From Phocaeicola sp. (lineage in GTDB: Bacteria; Bacteroidota; Bacteroidia; Bacteroidales; Bacteroidaceae), in NCBI GenBank assembly GCA_045545095.1, contig JAZQAG010000049.1:1213-65212 (forward strand): a stretch of 64,000 bases of DNA. The letters are read 5' to 3'. Made by a program: the position numbers and the translations under genes. Of this stretch, positions 1 through 10,538 are shown one piece after another. The notes under the pieces were generated by a model. That model ran no database searches. It saw nothing but the letters and a program-made list of their open reading frames with translations, and was not told the origin of the DNA. How positions within the stretch are numbered: the first letter of the stretch is position 1; each line of letters opens with the position of its first letter.

Positions 1-876
1 GGCCGAAGCTCCATCCACCAGAACAGCAACAGGAATCTCGGTATCCAACGGCTCACGTTTGGTCTTATAAACATGGCAAGCCTGACGGAGTTTCCCTTTC
101 GTGGAGACAATCTCCAGACCTTTAGGGACAAAGAGATTGACAACCTCCACAGCCTCGTTCAACAAGCCGCCACCATTGCTTCGCAAATCAAGGGCCAGAC
201 GGGTGGCCCCCTGCTCTTTCAGGGTGATGATGGCCCGACGTACATCGCGTGAACAGTTGTCTGTGAAACTTGTCAACTGGATATATCCGGTCTTCCCATC
301 CGGAAGGAGCCCTGAATAAGGAACTGCCGGCATCTGGATATTCCGACGGGTAATCTTGAACTCCAACGGTGCGGGCTCACCCGGACGGTCCACTTTCAAT
401 ACAAAAGTGGTGGCTGCCTCGCCACGCAACATGTCACTGACCTTATCGGTGGCCATCCCCTCTACATCAACACCGTCAATGGAGAGTATGATATCGCCCA
501 CCTTCAAACCGGCCTCTGCCGCAGGGGTTCCTTCGTAAGGTTCGAAGATAGCTACCCGATTACGCCCTTTATGCATACGGATAACGGAACCTATACCGGC
601 ATACTTGCCTGTGGTCATCTGCTTCAGCTCGTCCAGATCGTCCTCCGGATAATAGACCGTATAGGGGTCTATCTCCTGCAACATGGCATCAATGCCTGCC
701 CGTATCACCTTCTCGGGATTCACCGTGTCCACATAAAACATGTCCAACTCCTTGAACAGGGAATTGAGGACATCCAGATTCTTCGAAACCTGGAAATTAT
801 GGCTATCGCGTTTGAATCCGGTCCAACATAGGCACAAAGCTATGACGGCTACGAGGGGGAGAACTTTTTTCTTCAT
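1..876 (-). CDS. S41 family C-terminal processing (tail-specific) peptidase, 5' part; CDS continues past the window start
   Basis: Absent from the ORF track because it is open to position 1. My own translation from the ATG (cat at 874-876) gives an MKKKVLPLVAVIALCLC signal peptide. A PDZ-like segment (TPAAEAGLKVGDIILSIDGVDV) follows, then LDLRSNGGGLL and VAVLVDGASA motifs typical of S41 Ser/Lys peptidases. Confidence 0.85.
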   Translation of the reverse strand, partial: MKKKVLPLVAVIALCLCWTGFKRDSHNFQVSKNLDVLNSLFKELDMFYVDTVNPEKVIRAGIDAMLQEIDPYTVYYPEDDLDELKQMTTGKYAGIGSVIRMHKGRNRVAIFEPYEGTPAAEAGLKVGDIILSIDGVDVEGMATDKVSDMLRGEAATTFVLKVDRPGEPAPLEFKITRRNIQMPAVPYSGLLPDGKTGYIQLTSFTDNCSRDVRRAIITLKEQGATRLALDLRSNGGGLLNEAVEVVNLFVPKGLEIVSTKGKLRQACHVYKTKREPLDTEIPVAVLVDGASA

Positions 877-1083
877 ATATCAATCACACTATATTGTTCA
901 CACTTAACATTATTAAAATGCAAAAGTAATGAAACATCTATCTGCATCCTGCATATAGACCAAACATTTAACTTTATTTCGTGGAAATAGAGCCATTTTG
1001 AGGATAACCAGGCGTTTCGTCAGAACCGTATCTGTCCAAAAAGTGAGGAAATATAGAAAAATATCTATTTTTTTGCCCAACTT

Positions 1084-1115
1084 GTTGCACAATTCAAAAT
1101 AATGCATTACTTTTG
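1084..1115 (+). promoter_or_regulatory. putative Bacteroidota-type promoter for the tRNA-Asn pair (GTTG-N20-TACTTTTG)
   Basis: TACTTTTG at 1108-1115 matches the TAnnTTTG -7 consensus, about 35 nt upstream of the first tRNA. The -33 element is only GTTG (1084-1087). Confidence 0.35.
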
Positions 1116-1150
1116 CACCGCATTTCAGAAAAGAGATTCTGAAATTCACT

Positions 1151-1227
1151 GCTTCAGTAGCTCAGTTGGTTAGAGCACCTGACTGTTAATCAGGGGGTCG
1201 TTGGTTCAAGCCCATCCTGAAGCGCCA
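1151..1227 (+). tRNA. tRNA-Asn (anticodon GTT), copy 1
   Basis: Hand-folded 77-nt cloverleaf. Acceptor gcttcag/ctgaagc, D arm gctc-agttggtta-gagc, anticodon arm cctga-CTGTTAA-tcagg, T arm gttgg-ttcaagc-ccatc, and an encoded CCA. Confidence 0.93.
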
Positions 1228-1260
1228 TTCAAAAAAAACATATATCGCACAGCGTAAATT

Positions 1261-1337
1261 GCTTCAGTAGCTCAGTTGGTTAGAGCACCTGACTGTTAAT
1301 CAGGGGGTCGTTGGCTCAAGCCCATCCTGAAGCGCCA
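1261..1337 (+). tRNA. tRNA-Asn (anticodon GTT), copy 2, with a single substitution in the T loop
   Basis: Identical to copy 1 except that ttggTtcaag becomes ttggCtcaag, at the position I assign as T-loop nucleotide 54. Confidence 0.88.
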
Positions 1338-1341
1338 ACCC

Positions 1342-1374
1342 AAAAGGATGTATCAGATGATGCATCCTTTTTTA
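1342..1374 (+). terminator. rho-independent terminator after the tRNA pair
   Basis: Hairpin aaaaggatg...catcctttttt: a GC-containing stem followed by a T run. Confidence 0.6.
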
Positions 1375-1385
1375 TTACCACAGCT

Positions 1386-1994
1386 ATGCTATTACCTTAT
1401 TTGAATAAAGACCTGACAGAAGCGGGATGCGACGAAGCCGGACGCGGATGTCTGGCTGGAGCGGTATTTGCTGCAGCGGTCATCTTGCCTAAAGACTTCT
1501 ACAACGAACAGTTGAACGACTCGAAACAATTGACAGAACGGCAGCGATATGCCCTCCGGGAGGTTATCGAACGCGAAGCTGTGGCCTGGGCTGTGGGTAC
1601 TGTATCACCTGAGGAGATAGACAAGATAAACATTCTGAATGCTTCGATTCTGGCCATGCACCGGGCTGTGGACGGACTGAAGGTAAGGCCTGAGGCTCTC
1701 ATCATCGACGGCAACCGTTTCAAACCATACCACGACCTGCCCCACACGACAGTGGTGAAGGGCGACGGCAAATATCTCTCTATCGCAGCAGCGTCCATCT
1801 TGGCAAAGACTTACCGTGATGACTACATGAACCGTCTTCATGAAGAATATCCATACTATGACTGGAAAGGGAACAAGGGATATCCTACAAAAAAACACCG
1901 CGAAGGCATCCGCCTGCACGGTACTACACCCTATCACCGCATGAGTTTCAACCTCATGGGCGACGGACAATTAGAACTGTTCCCGAAGGATTAA
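1386..1994 (+). CDS. rnhB: ribonuclease HII
   Basis: [23 protein letters not shown] catalytic motif and the overall RNase HII pattern. I use the ATG at 1386, because the TTG start at 1311 in the track lies inside tRNA copy 2. Confidence 0.9.
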   Translation: MLLPYLNKDLTEAGCDEAGRGCLAGAVFAAAVILPKDFYNEQLNDSKQLTERQRYALREVIEREAVAWAVGTVSPEEIDKINILNASILAMHRAVDGLKVRPEALIIDGNRFKPYHDLPHTTVVKGDGKYLSIAAASILAKTYRDDYMNRLHEEYPYYDWKGNKGYPTKKHREGIRLHGTTPYHRMSFNLMGDGQLELFPKD

Positions 1995-2085
1995 AAAGTG
2001 AAAGGGAGGGATTTTATCATGTACAAGGCAGCGGTTACGCCGTACTGCCCTGTTTCAGGATATACAGATAGACTGACAAGCCGGA

Positions 2086-2568
2086 CTATTCCCCTGCAGC
2101 AATCAGGACTGTAGCATAAGCAGAGATGCCCTCTTCCCTGCCGGTAAAGCCCAACTTCTCGGTAGTGGTGGCCTTGACGGAAACATCATCCACATCTATC
2201 CCCATCACTTGGGCAAGTGTTTCACAGATATGGGGTATATGCGCTTTCAACTTGGGACGCTCGGCACATACGGTGGCATCAATATTGCCCACCCGATAAC
2301 CTTTCGTGGCAATAAGTTCTACTGTACGGGCCAACAATATCTTGCTGTCAATATTCTTGTACTCTCCTGCATTGTCTGGGAAATGATAGCCTATATCACG
2401 CATATTGGCAGCCCCCAGCAGGGCATCGCATATGGCATGAATCAGGACATCGGCATCAGAGTGACCAAGCAATCCCTTCTCGTGGTCCAGACGGATACCG
2501 CCCAACCAAAGTTCGCGCCCCTCAACCAACTTGTGGACATCGAAACCAAAGCCTACACGTATCTTCAT
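2086..2568 (-). CDS. ispF: 2-C-methyl-D-erythritol 2,4-cyclodiphosphate synthase
   Basis: MKIRVGFGFDVHKL...GHSDADVLIHAICDALLGA is a canonical IspF motif set; 160 aa. Confidence 0.93.
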   Translation of the reverse strand: MKIRVGFGFDVHKLVEGRELWLGGIRLDHEKGLLGHSDADVLIHAICDALLGAANMRDIGYHFPDNAGEYKNIDSKILLARTVELIATKGYRVGNIDATVCAERPKLKAHIPHICETLAQVMGIDVDDVSVKATTTEKLGFTGREEGISAYATVLIAAGE

Positions 2569-2592
2569 ATCCTTATACCTTAGAGAAATTCT

Positions 2593-3759
2593 TTATCTGC
2601 CAAAAAGGTCACGCAAGCCATCCATATCGAATGCCAACGAGAAACGGAGTGTCTGGTCCAACGGATTGGTCTGTGCCACAGAGATCACATACGAAGCGTC
2701 CAAAGAGAAGACACTCATCTTGAAACCTGCTCCCACGGTATAGTACTTACGGTTTCCCTTGTAAGGGTCCTCGTGATGATAACCGGCACGCACAGCAAAC
2801 TGATTGTTGTACATGTACTCCAATCCGACACTCCACTGTATCTCTTTGAGCTCTTCGCTGAAACCTCCGGGAGCATCGTTGAACGACTTGAATATACCTG
2901 TAATGGGGGACTGGTCATAGTAGTCCTTCTGCAAACGGTCCTGATAATCGTTGTCATCCTCATCCTCTCCCTGCATAGGGCGGGTGGGCACCATCAGCTT
3001 ATTGGCATCGGCACTGATGGAGATGGTGTTATACTCATCTATGGGCACAAGCAGAGAGGCACCTATACGCAAATTGGTAGGAAGGAATTCACTGGTATTA
3101 CCTTCATCATACGAAATCTTACTACCGATATTGGAAGCGTTCAGACCCAAACCGAGCAAGCACTCCCGCTGTCCCAACATAATGTAGTTGTTATAGTAGA
3201 AGGCGATATCTGCCGCAAAAGCTGATCCCGGAGTAATGTCCTCCTCTTCACGCCAAGCAAGGTCCGAATAGATGAAACGCAAGGCTACTGCAGCCGAGAA
3301 GGTCTCTGACAACATGCGCGAATAGGCCACATCCACCGACATCTCATAAGGATTGATAGAAGAAACCGGCTCACCTGATTCGTCGAAATCGGTAGCAACC
3401 TCACCCAAAGAGAAGTAACGGAGCGATCCGCTGAGCGCCGAATAGTCTCCGATACGGTAAAATCCGGAAAGGTAGGCGAGGTCAATATCACTGACCAACT
3501 GGCGCAACCAAGGGGTGTAGGAGAGACCCAAACCTGCACGGGCAATATTAAAAGGATACTTGGCCGGATTCCAAAACTGTGAATAGACATCGGCCTCTGT
3601 GGCAGCACCCACATCACCCATACCACCTCCACGAGAATCGGGAGCAATAGACAAGGAGGTTACACCGGTCTGTACCGGATTGAACTGCTCTTTCTGCGCA
3701 TAGACTGACTGTACTGCACAGAGAAGGATAATGATTGCTATAATTGAAAATCTTTTCAT
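2593..3759 (-). CDS. porV: type IX secretion system outer-membrane protein PorV
   Basis: APDSRGGGMGDVGAATEADVYSQFWNPAKYPF is the conserved PorV N-terminal signature. Signal peptide MKRFSIIAIIILLCAVQSVYA; immediately downstream of porU. Start moved to the internal ATG at 3759. Confidence 0.85.
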   Translation of the reverse strand: MKRFSIIAIIILLCAVQSVYAQKEQFNPVQTGVTSLSIAPDSRGGGMGDVGAATEADVYSQFWNPAKYPFNIARAGLGLSYTPWLRQLVSDIDLAYLSGFYRIGDYSALSGSLRYFSLGEVATDFDESGEPVSSINPYEMSVDVAYSRMLSETFSAAVALRFIYSDLAWREEEDITPGSAFAADIAFYYNNYIMLGQRECLLGLGLNASNIGSKISYDEGNTSEFLPTNLRIGASLLVPIDEYNTISISADANKLMVPTRPMQGEDEDDNDYQDRLQKDYYDQSPITGIFKSFNDAPGGFSEELKEIQWSVGLEYMYNNQFAVRAGYHHEDPYKGNRKYYTVGAGFKMSVFSLDASYVISVAQTNPLDQTLRFSLAFDMDGLRDLFGR

Positions 3760-3826
3760 ATCATATCTTTTATCTGAATACATACTTCTAAAAGGAAGCA
3801 TATATAAAAACTTTCATCTTTCTCTT

Positions 3827-6800
3827 TTATTGTCTAAGGATTACAATTTTTCTGGCCTTGGTACTCGTTGACCCACCACCTGACGAGATAGTGGCCCGAT
3901 ACAGATAGACACCGCTACCTATAGGCTGTCCGCTATTGGTCGTAAGGTCCCAGCCTACCCGATATTCTCCAGAAGAGGAGACACCGGTCTCCACATGTTC
4001 CCAAAGAAGGCGTCCCATGAAATCAAAGACTTCCATCCGGACCTCGACTTCGCTCTGCGGACGATTGTGGGTAAGGACAAATGTAGTTGACGTACGGGCA
4101 GGCGATTCGGTACTCCAAAGAGTGAACATCGAAGGACCAAGACCCTCCACCACTTCGAAAGGCACCTCTATGGTTGATGAATTATTCATCACATCCCAAA
4201 CACGGACCAGAATTGTATGGAAACCAGGAGACAAAGGCGGCAAACTATAACATACTGTCCCACGGGTAAAGTCTCCGGGTTCAGAGACATAGTAACTATT
4301 GAGCACATAGGTCATAGAAGGGTCATTGTCCACAATGGCAATGATATCATGACCGACACCATTTCCTGTAGCATTCACCCCTTCCTTGTCGTGCAGGGAG
4401 AGCATCAACAAGGGGGTTGCATTGACACGGTCACCTGCCACGAAATCGGTAGAATTCAGATACAACTGAATCTCCGGTCCCACAGAATCGGTCACCAGCC
4501 CATCTGCTGTACCATTCATGCTGAAATTATCGTATGAGCCTTGGGCCTCCTGACGACTTTCATCCAGAGCATAGAAATAGATATGACCCTGCTCCTCAGA
4601 ATAGCTGATATCCAAAGGAACCGGGAACGTAAAGGTAAACTCTCCACGACGGATGGAATCGCTACCGGCATAAACCTTCTGTGACAAATCCCAAAATTCG
4701 AATATCTCATCCGGATCGGTAGCATTGCCCTTACATACGACCAATTCCTGACTATCATATATCGAAGGATGGATAAGGCCATTGAATGTTTCAACCAAAG
4801 CCCCACCTTCGTCCACAATCTTCCCTTTCAATGTCACCAACGAACCGGCTTTAAACTGTGACAAGTCCCCACCGTCACGGACAGGCATGCCATTGACTTC
4901 AGAAAGCTGGACTTGGAAGCGGTCAGGAGTGGCCAAACGCAAAGCCGGATCACCAATAAGTACAAAATGCAGGTTATTCTCCTGATTGGCATAGGGATTG
5001 GTCTCATTCTTTGCCAATCTCAAGGCCTCACCCATAGGATAACCCTTGAATACATATTTCGTAAAAGCCCTATCCAACGGCATACTACCGCTTCTGTAAG
5101 TCGAACGGGTAGTTCCCAGTACCGCAATGGCACCGCCATGCTCGTTCAACAGTGCGGCCTCGCCCATGTTCTCCTCTGGCAAATCAATGGGAGAGGTATC
5201 ACAAGCGGCAGTTACCCACAATGGCAAACGAGGAGAATTCAAGGCTTTCATTTCATTGATATCCCAAGCCAACTCATGGGAAAGCTCATCCGCCCTTCCA
5301 TGACCAAAATAATTAATCATAAGCACTCCCTCGGCCGACAACTCCCGAATACGGCGTGTGACATCGGGATACCGCGTACCGGTAGAACCGATTTCTGGCA
5401 CAAATGCGTCCCAATATACCTTCTCTATAATATAGGAAGGATTGACGGCATGTATCTGTTTGGCTATCTGTTCGGCATCACCCATATGGTCGTTACCATC
5501 CCCATCGTCGCCCATCACACACACTTTATTCTTCCATGGACCGGCCTCACGATTGGTCATATAAGCCTCTATCTTATCCACAACATTCTTGGCCTCGGCC
5601 AATGAGTGCACAGTAAGCCGACCTACAGCAGCATCCGCTTTACTGCGGGTCCATGCAGTGCCTTCGCTATCATCCAATAAGCAGAAGTATTCCTCCATGA
5701 CATAAGAGGTTGTCTCACTGACAGAATTTTCGGATTGGAAACAGAGCAGATAATTATCAGGGTCGGACTTGCTCCAAGATGATGAAATCATGCGATTGTC
5801 TGCAGCACAATCTGCAAACAGAAGAAGATATTTGGGCAAATCCTCGGCATGGGCTGCACGGTCATAAAACATCTTCATGAAGCGGCGGATGGCCGTTGCA
5901 TCCGGAGCACCAGAGGAGAACTCATTATAAATCTGATCGGCACGGACTACGGAGACACGCAACGAATCATGTGCCCGGTGCAAATCTGCCAGACGTTCTG
6001 CCTGAGCAAGCCACAAAGCTGAAGAAGGCACTACTATAATCATATCCATAGCGCCTAATGCATGAAGATTCTGATTAGCTACTGCTCCAACGACCTCCAC
6101 AGAGGGGAAAGACGCGGAAGAGACATCCAGAACGACATATTCGTCACTCAATGCCGCGACATCACCCACTTCATACATTCCATCCACCATCGTTCCACCC
6201 AACTCGGTATATCCATACCCTGCGGCTCCCTTATTCGAAATCTTCCAGACTTTCGTATTGGCATTTGTCCCAGCAATATGGAAGGTGCAATACCCTGAAT
6301 AACGGGTACGGAAACGAGTATATGCGCCATCCAGTTTGAGCTGACGCTGATAGTTCAATGTCAGATAATCCAAACGGCTGGAACCCGATAGGGCCCCAGA
6401 GTGGGTCAATACGACAGAAGTATTCTCTGACAATTTGCCTGTACAAGTATATACACCAGAGGCTATCTGGACTTTCGTATAACTTCCAGGATTTGTCAAA
6501 GGGACTTTCAATGTGCCACACTGACTGCCATTTACCGCCACATTAACGGTACTGGCAGTTGGTGCATCCGAACCAAATGAGAGTGTCACCTTAGCCATAC
6601 CTTCCACATCCACATCAGGAAGCCGGAAAGTATATGTCTTGCTTTTCCCGTTCTTAAAATCATAATTCTCAAAAAAGATACGGCCACGCTCTTTCCAATG
6701 GCAGGCATCCTTTTCATAGAGGGCATAATCCGGGAAAGTCGTAACATTCGTCCCCACCCTGTCCATAGTTTTGGCAAGAAACTCTGCAGGTTCTCCCGAA

Positions 6801-7570
6801 GCATTGTCTGTCAAGAAATAATAGCCATACCGCGAATAGGTGTTCTGGGAATGGACAAAGGTATCTCCCGAACGGGTCCACTTCACTGTACCATGGGCAT
6901 AGAACAACACATAGGAATCCCCACGATAAAGAGGAACCTCTTTCAGATCGTCCACACAATCCTGTATGTTCTTCTCGGAAAGCATCTGTCCTCCCTGTCC
7001 GAACAGGCGTACCTTAGCAGGGTCAGCAAACCCCATTGCACGCAATTCATTATGGGTTATCCGATGTACACCTGTTTCCGTAACCCGAATCTTTACCCAC
7101 TTCCCCTGAGCCAACATTGAAGAATCTGCATACCGAGAATCTGATGGGGAGGCAGAAGAGCGCAGTAACATGAGTTCGGGCGCCTTTTCCACAACAAGTT
7201 TCAAGGAAGTGAGCTTAAAGAATTTTCCATCCCGACAAACCAGTGGTATCAGGCTGACATGAAGTGTACCCTTCTTGGCCGATACACCTATATAACTATT
7301 CACGACAGGAACCTCCGGCAAATTCACAAGCGACTTCTTTAACAAAAGTTCTTCTGCCGCCGAAACTGGCTCATATTCGGGATATTCCATGCGTACTGTA
7401 TGCTCATACCCTACATAGTCTTCATCCAATGGTATATTGTGCGTAAAGACAGGGAGTACAGAGTCAATCCGGCATTCTTCCCAATCGACCTCTAAAAAGC
7501 CTTGCGTCCGCCCGCACAATGGCCATAGAGCCAACAATGCTGCAAGTATTACGAACAATCGTTTATGCAT
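3827..7570 (-). CDS. porU: type IX secretion system sortase / C-terminal signal peptidase PorU (C25 gingipain-like)
   Basis: 1247 aa with a signal peptide. His/Cys dyad context (YFGHGRADE ... VTAACDTSP) and a CTD-like beta-sandwich tail. Shows the conserved porU-porV adjacency. Confidence 0.85.
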   Translation of the reverse strand: MHKRLFVILAALLALWPLCGRTQGFLEVDWEECRIDSVLPVFTHNIPLDEDYVGYEHTVRMEYPEYEPVSAAEELLLKKSLVNLPEVPVVNSYIGVSAKKGTLHVSLIPLVCRDGKFFKLTSLKLVVEKAPELMLLRSSASPSDSRYADSSMLAQGKWVKIRVTETGVHRITHNELRAMGFADPAKVRLFGQGGQMLSEKNIQDCVDDLKEVPLYRGDSYVLFYAHGTVKWTRSGDTFVHSQNTYSRYGYYFLTDNASGEPAEFLAKTMDRVGTNVTTFPDYALYEKDACHWKERGRIFFENYDFKNGKSKTYTFRLPDVDVEGMAKVTLSFGSDAPTASTVNVAVNGSQCGTLKVPLTNPGSYTKVQIASGVYTCTGKLSENTSVVLTHSGALSGSSRLDYLTLNYQRQLKLDGAYTRFRTRYSGYCTFHIAGTNANTKVWKISNKGAAGYGYTELGGTMVDGMYEVGDVAALSDEYVVLDVSSASFPSVEVVGAVANQNLHALGAMDMIIVVPSSALWLAQAERLADLHRAHDSLRVSVVRADQIYNEFSSGAPDATAIRRFMKMFYDRAAHAEDLPKYLLLFADCAADNRMISSSWSKSDPDNYLLCFQSENSVSETTSYVMEEYFCLLDDSEGTAWTRSKADAAVGRLTVHSLAEAKNVVDKIEAYMTNREAGPWKNKVCVMGDDGDGNDHMGDAEQIAKQIHAVNPSYIIEKVYWDAFVPEIGSTGTRYPDVTRRIRELSAEGVLMINYFGHGRADELSHELAWDINEMKALNSPRLPLWVTAACDTSPIDLPEENMGEAALLNEHGGAIAVLGTTRSTYRSGSMPLDRAFTKYVFKGYPMGEALRLAKNETNPYANQENNLHFVLIGDPALRLATPDRFQVQLSEVNGMPVRDGGDLSQFKAGSLVTLKGKIVDEGGALVETFNGLIHPSIYDSQELVVCKGNATDPDEIFEFWDLSQKVYAGSDSIRRGEFTFTFPVPLDISYSEEQGHIYFYALDESRQEAQGSYDNFSMNGTADGLVTDSVGPEIQLYLNSTDFVAGDRVNATPLLMLSLHDKEGVNATGNGVGHDIIAIVDNDPSMTYVLNSYYVSEPGDFTRGTVCYSLPPLSPGFHTILVRVWDVMNNSSTIEVPFEVVEGLGPSMFTLWSTESPARTSTTFVLTHNRPQSEVEVRMEVFDFMGRLLWEHVETGVSSSGEYRVGWDLTTNSGQPIGSGVYLYRATISSGGGSTSTKARKIVILRQ

Positions 7571-7594
7571 ACACTTACATTACTTCATTTAACA

Positions 7595-8212
7595 TCATCT
7601 CACATAAAAGTCAAGCAACTTTTCTCCTTCCAAATACCCTTGCAGGTGTTGCCCTATGCTCACCGGACCCACCCCTACCGGAGTACCTGTATAAATCAGA
7701 TCACCAATCTTCAACGTACAGAACTGGCTCACATAGGCTATGATTTCATCCACGGTGAAAAGCATATCTGCCGTATGTCCCTGCTGTACAGTTTGACTGT
7801 CAACATCCAAATGGAAATGCAGGTCCTGTATAGAGGGGAACTTATCTACAGCCACAAAATCGCCCAACACAGCTGAGCCATCAAATCCCTTGCATAGTTC
7901 CCAAGGCAGCCCATTGGCCCTATACTCATTTTGCAAATCACGAGCTGTAAAATCTATCCCAACCGTCACTGCATCATAATACCGATGAGCAAAACGAGGA
8001 GCGATGCATTTACCTAAACGGCATATCCGAACCACCACCTCAGTTTCGTAATCCACCCGATTGGTAAAATCAGGAATAAAGAAAGGTTTACCATCCTTCA
8101 GGATAGCCGAATCTGGCTTCATGAAGATGACAGGTTTCTTCGGTGATAATAACGTATTGTTTAATTCTTTATTGTGTTCGGCATAATTCATGCCAACAGC
8201 TATTATTTTCAT
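7595..8212 (-). CDS. fumarylacetoacetate hydrolase (FAH) family protein
   Basis: 205 aa. MKIIAVGMNY...DYETEVVV...GDLIYTGTPVGVG matches the FAH-fold isomerase/decarboxylase pattern. Confidence 0.85.
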   Translation of the reverse strand: MKIIAVGMNYAEHNKELNNTLLSPKKPVIFMKPDSAILKDGKPFFIPDFTNRVDYETEVVVRICRLGKCIAPRFAHRYYDAVTVGIDFTARDLQNEYRANGLPWELCKGFDGSAVLGDFVAVDKFPSIQDLHFHLDVDSQTVQQGHTADMLFTVDEIIAYVSQFCTLKIGDLIYTGTPVGVGPVSIGQHLQGYLEGEKLLDFYVR

Positions 8213-8403
8213 CTTTTCATCTTTTTATCAATGGAACACGATATCCAATTTGATATGATTGGGACGCACTTGTTCCATTCCGGTTAAACTCACACCGCAA
8301 AAATACACTTTTTTTTCAAAACAAGTCATTAAAAAGAGAATACAACCCATTATTTATTTATATTTGCACCATAAATTAAAATATCCATACACATTTATTA
8401 CCC

Positions 8404-9846
8404 ATGAAATTGAACATTACCACACCGCTTTTGTACTGCTGCATATTGTGTGTCACAACATTCAGCTGTAACCTTGCGAGCACACCATCTGCTGAGAACC
8501 CAAATCTGACAGCAGACTCCATTACCGTTGATAACGCCAATCCATGGAAGACTATGGCTGAAGTGGAAAAAAGAATACAACGGACAGATTTCCCTGATCT
8601 TATATTCCATTTGGGGAACGATTATAAGGCCGTATCCGGAGAAGATATTTCCGAGAAGCTACGCCGTGCCATCAGCGACTGTCACCGTGCCGGCGGCGGA
8701 CGGGTGGTTATACCTGCTGGAGAATATTATACCAAAGCCATACACCTGCTGTCAAATGTAAATCTGCATATAGAAAAAGGAGCAACACTAAAATTCTCAA
8801 CTACTGCTACAGACTATGCGCCACAAGTGCCCACCCGCTGGGAAGGGATTGACTGTATGGGGATGTCTCCCCTTATCTACGCTTATCGGCAAGACAATAT
8901 TGCCGTGACGGGCGAAGGCATATTGGACGGACAAGCTTCATGGGAGAACTGGTGGAAACTGCGTGCACGCACGTCTGCTGAGGACAAGGCTATCGGTAAA
9001 TTTATGGGAAAAGAGAAGTTGCACGACTTTGAAAAGAACATCACATCTATAGCTGACAGAATCTTTACGGAACACGACGAGCTGCGACCACAATTCATGC
9101 AGTTCTACCAATGTGACCGAATTCTGGTAGAGGGGGTAACACTGAACAATGCTCCTTTCTGGCTGCTACATCCATTGATGTCAAAGAATATCATCGTACG
9201 CAATGTCATATTCGACAGTCATGGACCGAATAACGACGGATGCGATCCCGAGTCATGCGAGAATGTGCTTATAGAGAACTGTATTTTCAATACGGGTGAC
9301 GACTGCATAGCCATCAAAAGCGGACGCAACAACGACGGGCGAGCCTGGAACCTGCCCAGCCGAAACATCATTGTACGCAACTGCCAGATGAAAGATGGAC
9401 ATGCAGGAGTAGCCATCGGCAGTGAAATATCAGGCAGCTGTTACAATGTATGGATGGAGGATTGTCAAATAGGAAGTCCTGAAATGGACCGTCCTTTCCG
9501 CATCAAATCAAATGCCATACGCGGTGGAGTGGTCAGCGGTTTCTACATCCGCAACATCAACATCAGCGAATGCAAACAGGCGGTACTGAAACTGGAACTG
9601 AAATATGAGAAAGTGACCGAAGGTCCTTACTATCCATTGTTTGAAAACATCCTATTGGAAAACATCACTTGCCAGAAGAGCCGTTACGGAATTTGGATTG
9701 ACGGATTAGAGGACCACATCTGTGTACGGAACGTGGCTTTGAAGAACTGCAAACTTGATGGTATCACGGACGAGAAGACAAACTCCATTGTCGGAGCCGA
9801 AGGAGTCTTCTTCCAAAATACCCTATTCAACGGGAAGGAACTATAA
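8404..9846 (+). CDS. glycoside hydrolase family 28 (polygalacturonase-like), lipoprotein signal
   Basis: GPNNDGCDPES, NTGDDCIAIKSG, GHAGVAIGSE and RIKSN are the GH28 beta-helix catalytic motifs. Confidence 0.85.
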   Translation: MKLNITTPLLYCCILCVTTFSCNLASTPSAENPNLTADSITVDNANPWKTMAEVEKRIQRTDFPDLIFHLGNDYKAVSGEDISEKLRRAISDCHRAGGGRVVIPAGEYYTKAIHLLSNVNLHIEKGATLKFSTTATDYAPQVPTRWEGIDCMGMSPLIYAYRQDNIAVTGEGILDGQASWENWWKLRARTSAEDKAIGKFMGKEKLHDFEKNITSIADRIFTEHDELRPQFMQFYQCDRILVEGVTLNNAPFWLLHPLMSKNIIVRNVIFDSHGPNNDGCDPESCENVLIENCIFNTGDDCIAIKSGRNNDGRAWNLPSRNIIVRNCQMKDGHAGVAIGSEISGSCYNVWMEDCQIGSPEMDRPFRIKSNAIRGGVVSGFYIRNINISECKQAVLKLELKYEKVTEGPYYPLFENILLENITCQKSRYGIWIDGLEDHICVRNVALKNCKLDGITDEKTNSIVGAEGVFFQNTLFNGKEL

Positions 9847-10533
9847 CAGAAGAGTGCCACGTAGAATTTCACGCTTCCCTCCTACCGGACCTGAAAGGCG
9901 TTCCATTGTCAGACCTAATGAGGCCAACAGGCGGCGGACTTCTCCTTTGGCACAATAGGTGGTAAGGACGGCACCAGCATTCATAACTTCCACCAAACGG
10001 CGGAAAGCTTCGGGAGTCCACATCTCCGGTTGCTTTTCCGGAGCGAAAGCATCAAAATAGACAACATCAACAGAGACAGGAAGCGGGTCGGACAAATAGT
10101 CGGCCCGCTTTTTCTCTAATGTAAAATAAGGGGTAACAGATACGGCCTCATCCCACGGCGCCTCATGAATCGCATGCATCAAACCGTTATCCAACAGATT
10201 ATCATACTGAAGAGCTTTCAATATGCTATTATCTACCGGGTATTTTTCCAATGAGATATAATGAACCGGATGTGATTCGTCAGCAACCATCGCTGTAACA
10301 CAAGCATTCAACCCTGTGCCAAAACCGACTTCCAACAAGCGTAACCGCTCTCCTGCCCCTAATTGACTGCGATGCATAAAAGCACAATCCCGATAGATAT
10401 GCCCGGCCTCTGTCAAGGCTCCCTTCACCGAATGGTAGTGTTCATTCAAAGCGGGAACAAAAAGGGTGGCCGACCCATCGTCGGTCACCTCTATTGTATG
10501 CTGAAATTCACACGACAACTGTCCTTGTTCCAT
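9841..10533 (-). CDS. mnmD: tRNA (mnm5s2U34)-methyltransferase MnmD-type (SAM-dependent)
   Basis: LLEVGFGTGLN SAM motif and the DVVYFDAFAPEKQPEMWT motif characteristic of the MnmC C-terminal/MnmD family. Confidence 0.8.
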   Translation of the reverse strand: MEQGQLSCEFQHTIEVTDDGSATLFVPALNEHYHSVKGALTEAGHIYRDCAFMHRSQLGAGERLRLLEVGFGTGLNACVTAMVADESHPVHYISLEKYPVDNSILKALQYDNLLDNGLMHAIHEAPWDEAVSVTPYFTLEKKRADYLSDPLPVSVDVVYFDAFAPEKQPEMWTPEAFRRLVEVMNAGAVLTTYCAKGEVRRLLASLGLTMERLSGPVGGKREILRGTLLL

Positions 10534-10538
10534 CCTTA

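Noticed and set aside
913-1149. 78-aa minus-strand ORF between the peptidase gene and the tRNAs
   Set aside because: It is AT-rich promoter-type sequence with no recognisable domain, and it overlaps the putative tRNA promoter. It is likely spurious.
1151-1337. tRNA-Asn duplication as an integration site of a mobile element
   Set aside because: There is no integrase, no partial tRNA-derived direct repeat further along, and only a 33-bp spacer between two full-length copies.
1311-1385. 5' extension of the rnhB ORF (TTG start at 1311 in the track)
   Set aside because: It lies inside tRNA-Asn copy 2 and its terminator hairpin. The RNase HII homology begins after the ATG at 1386.
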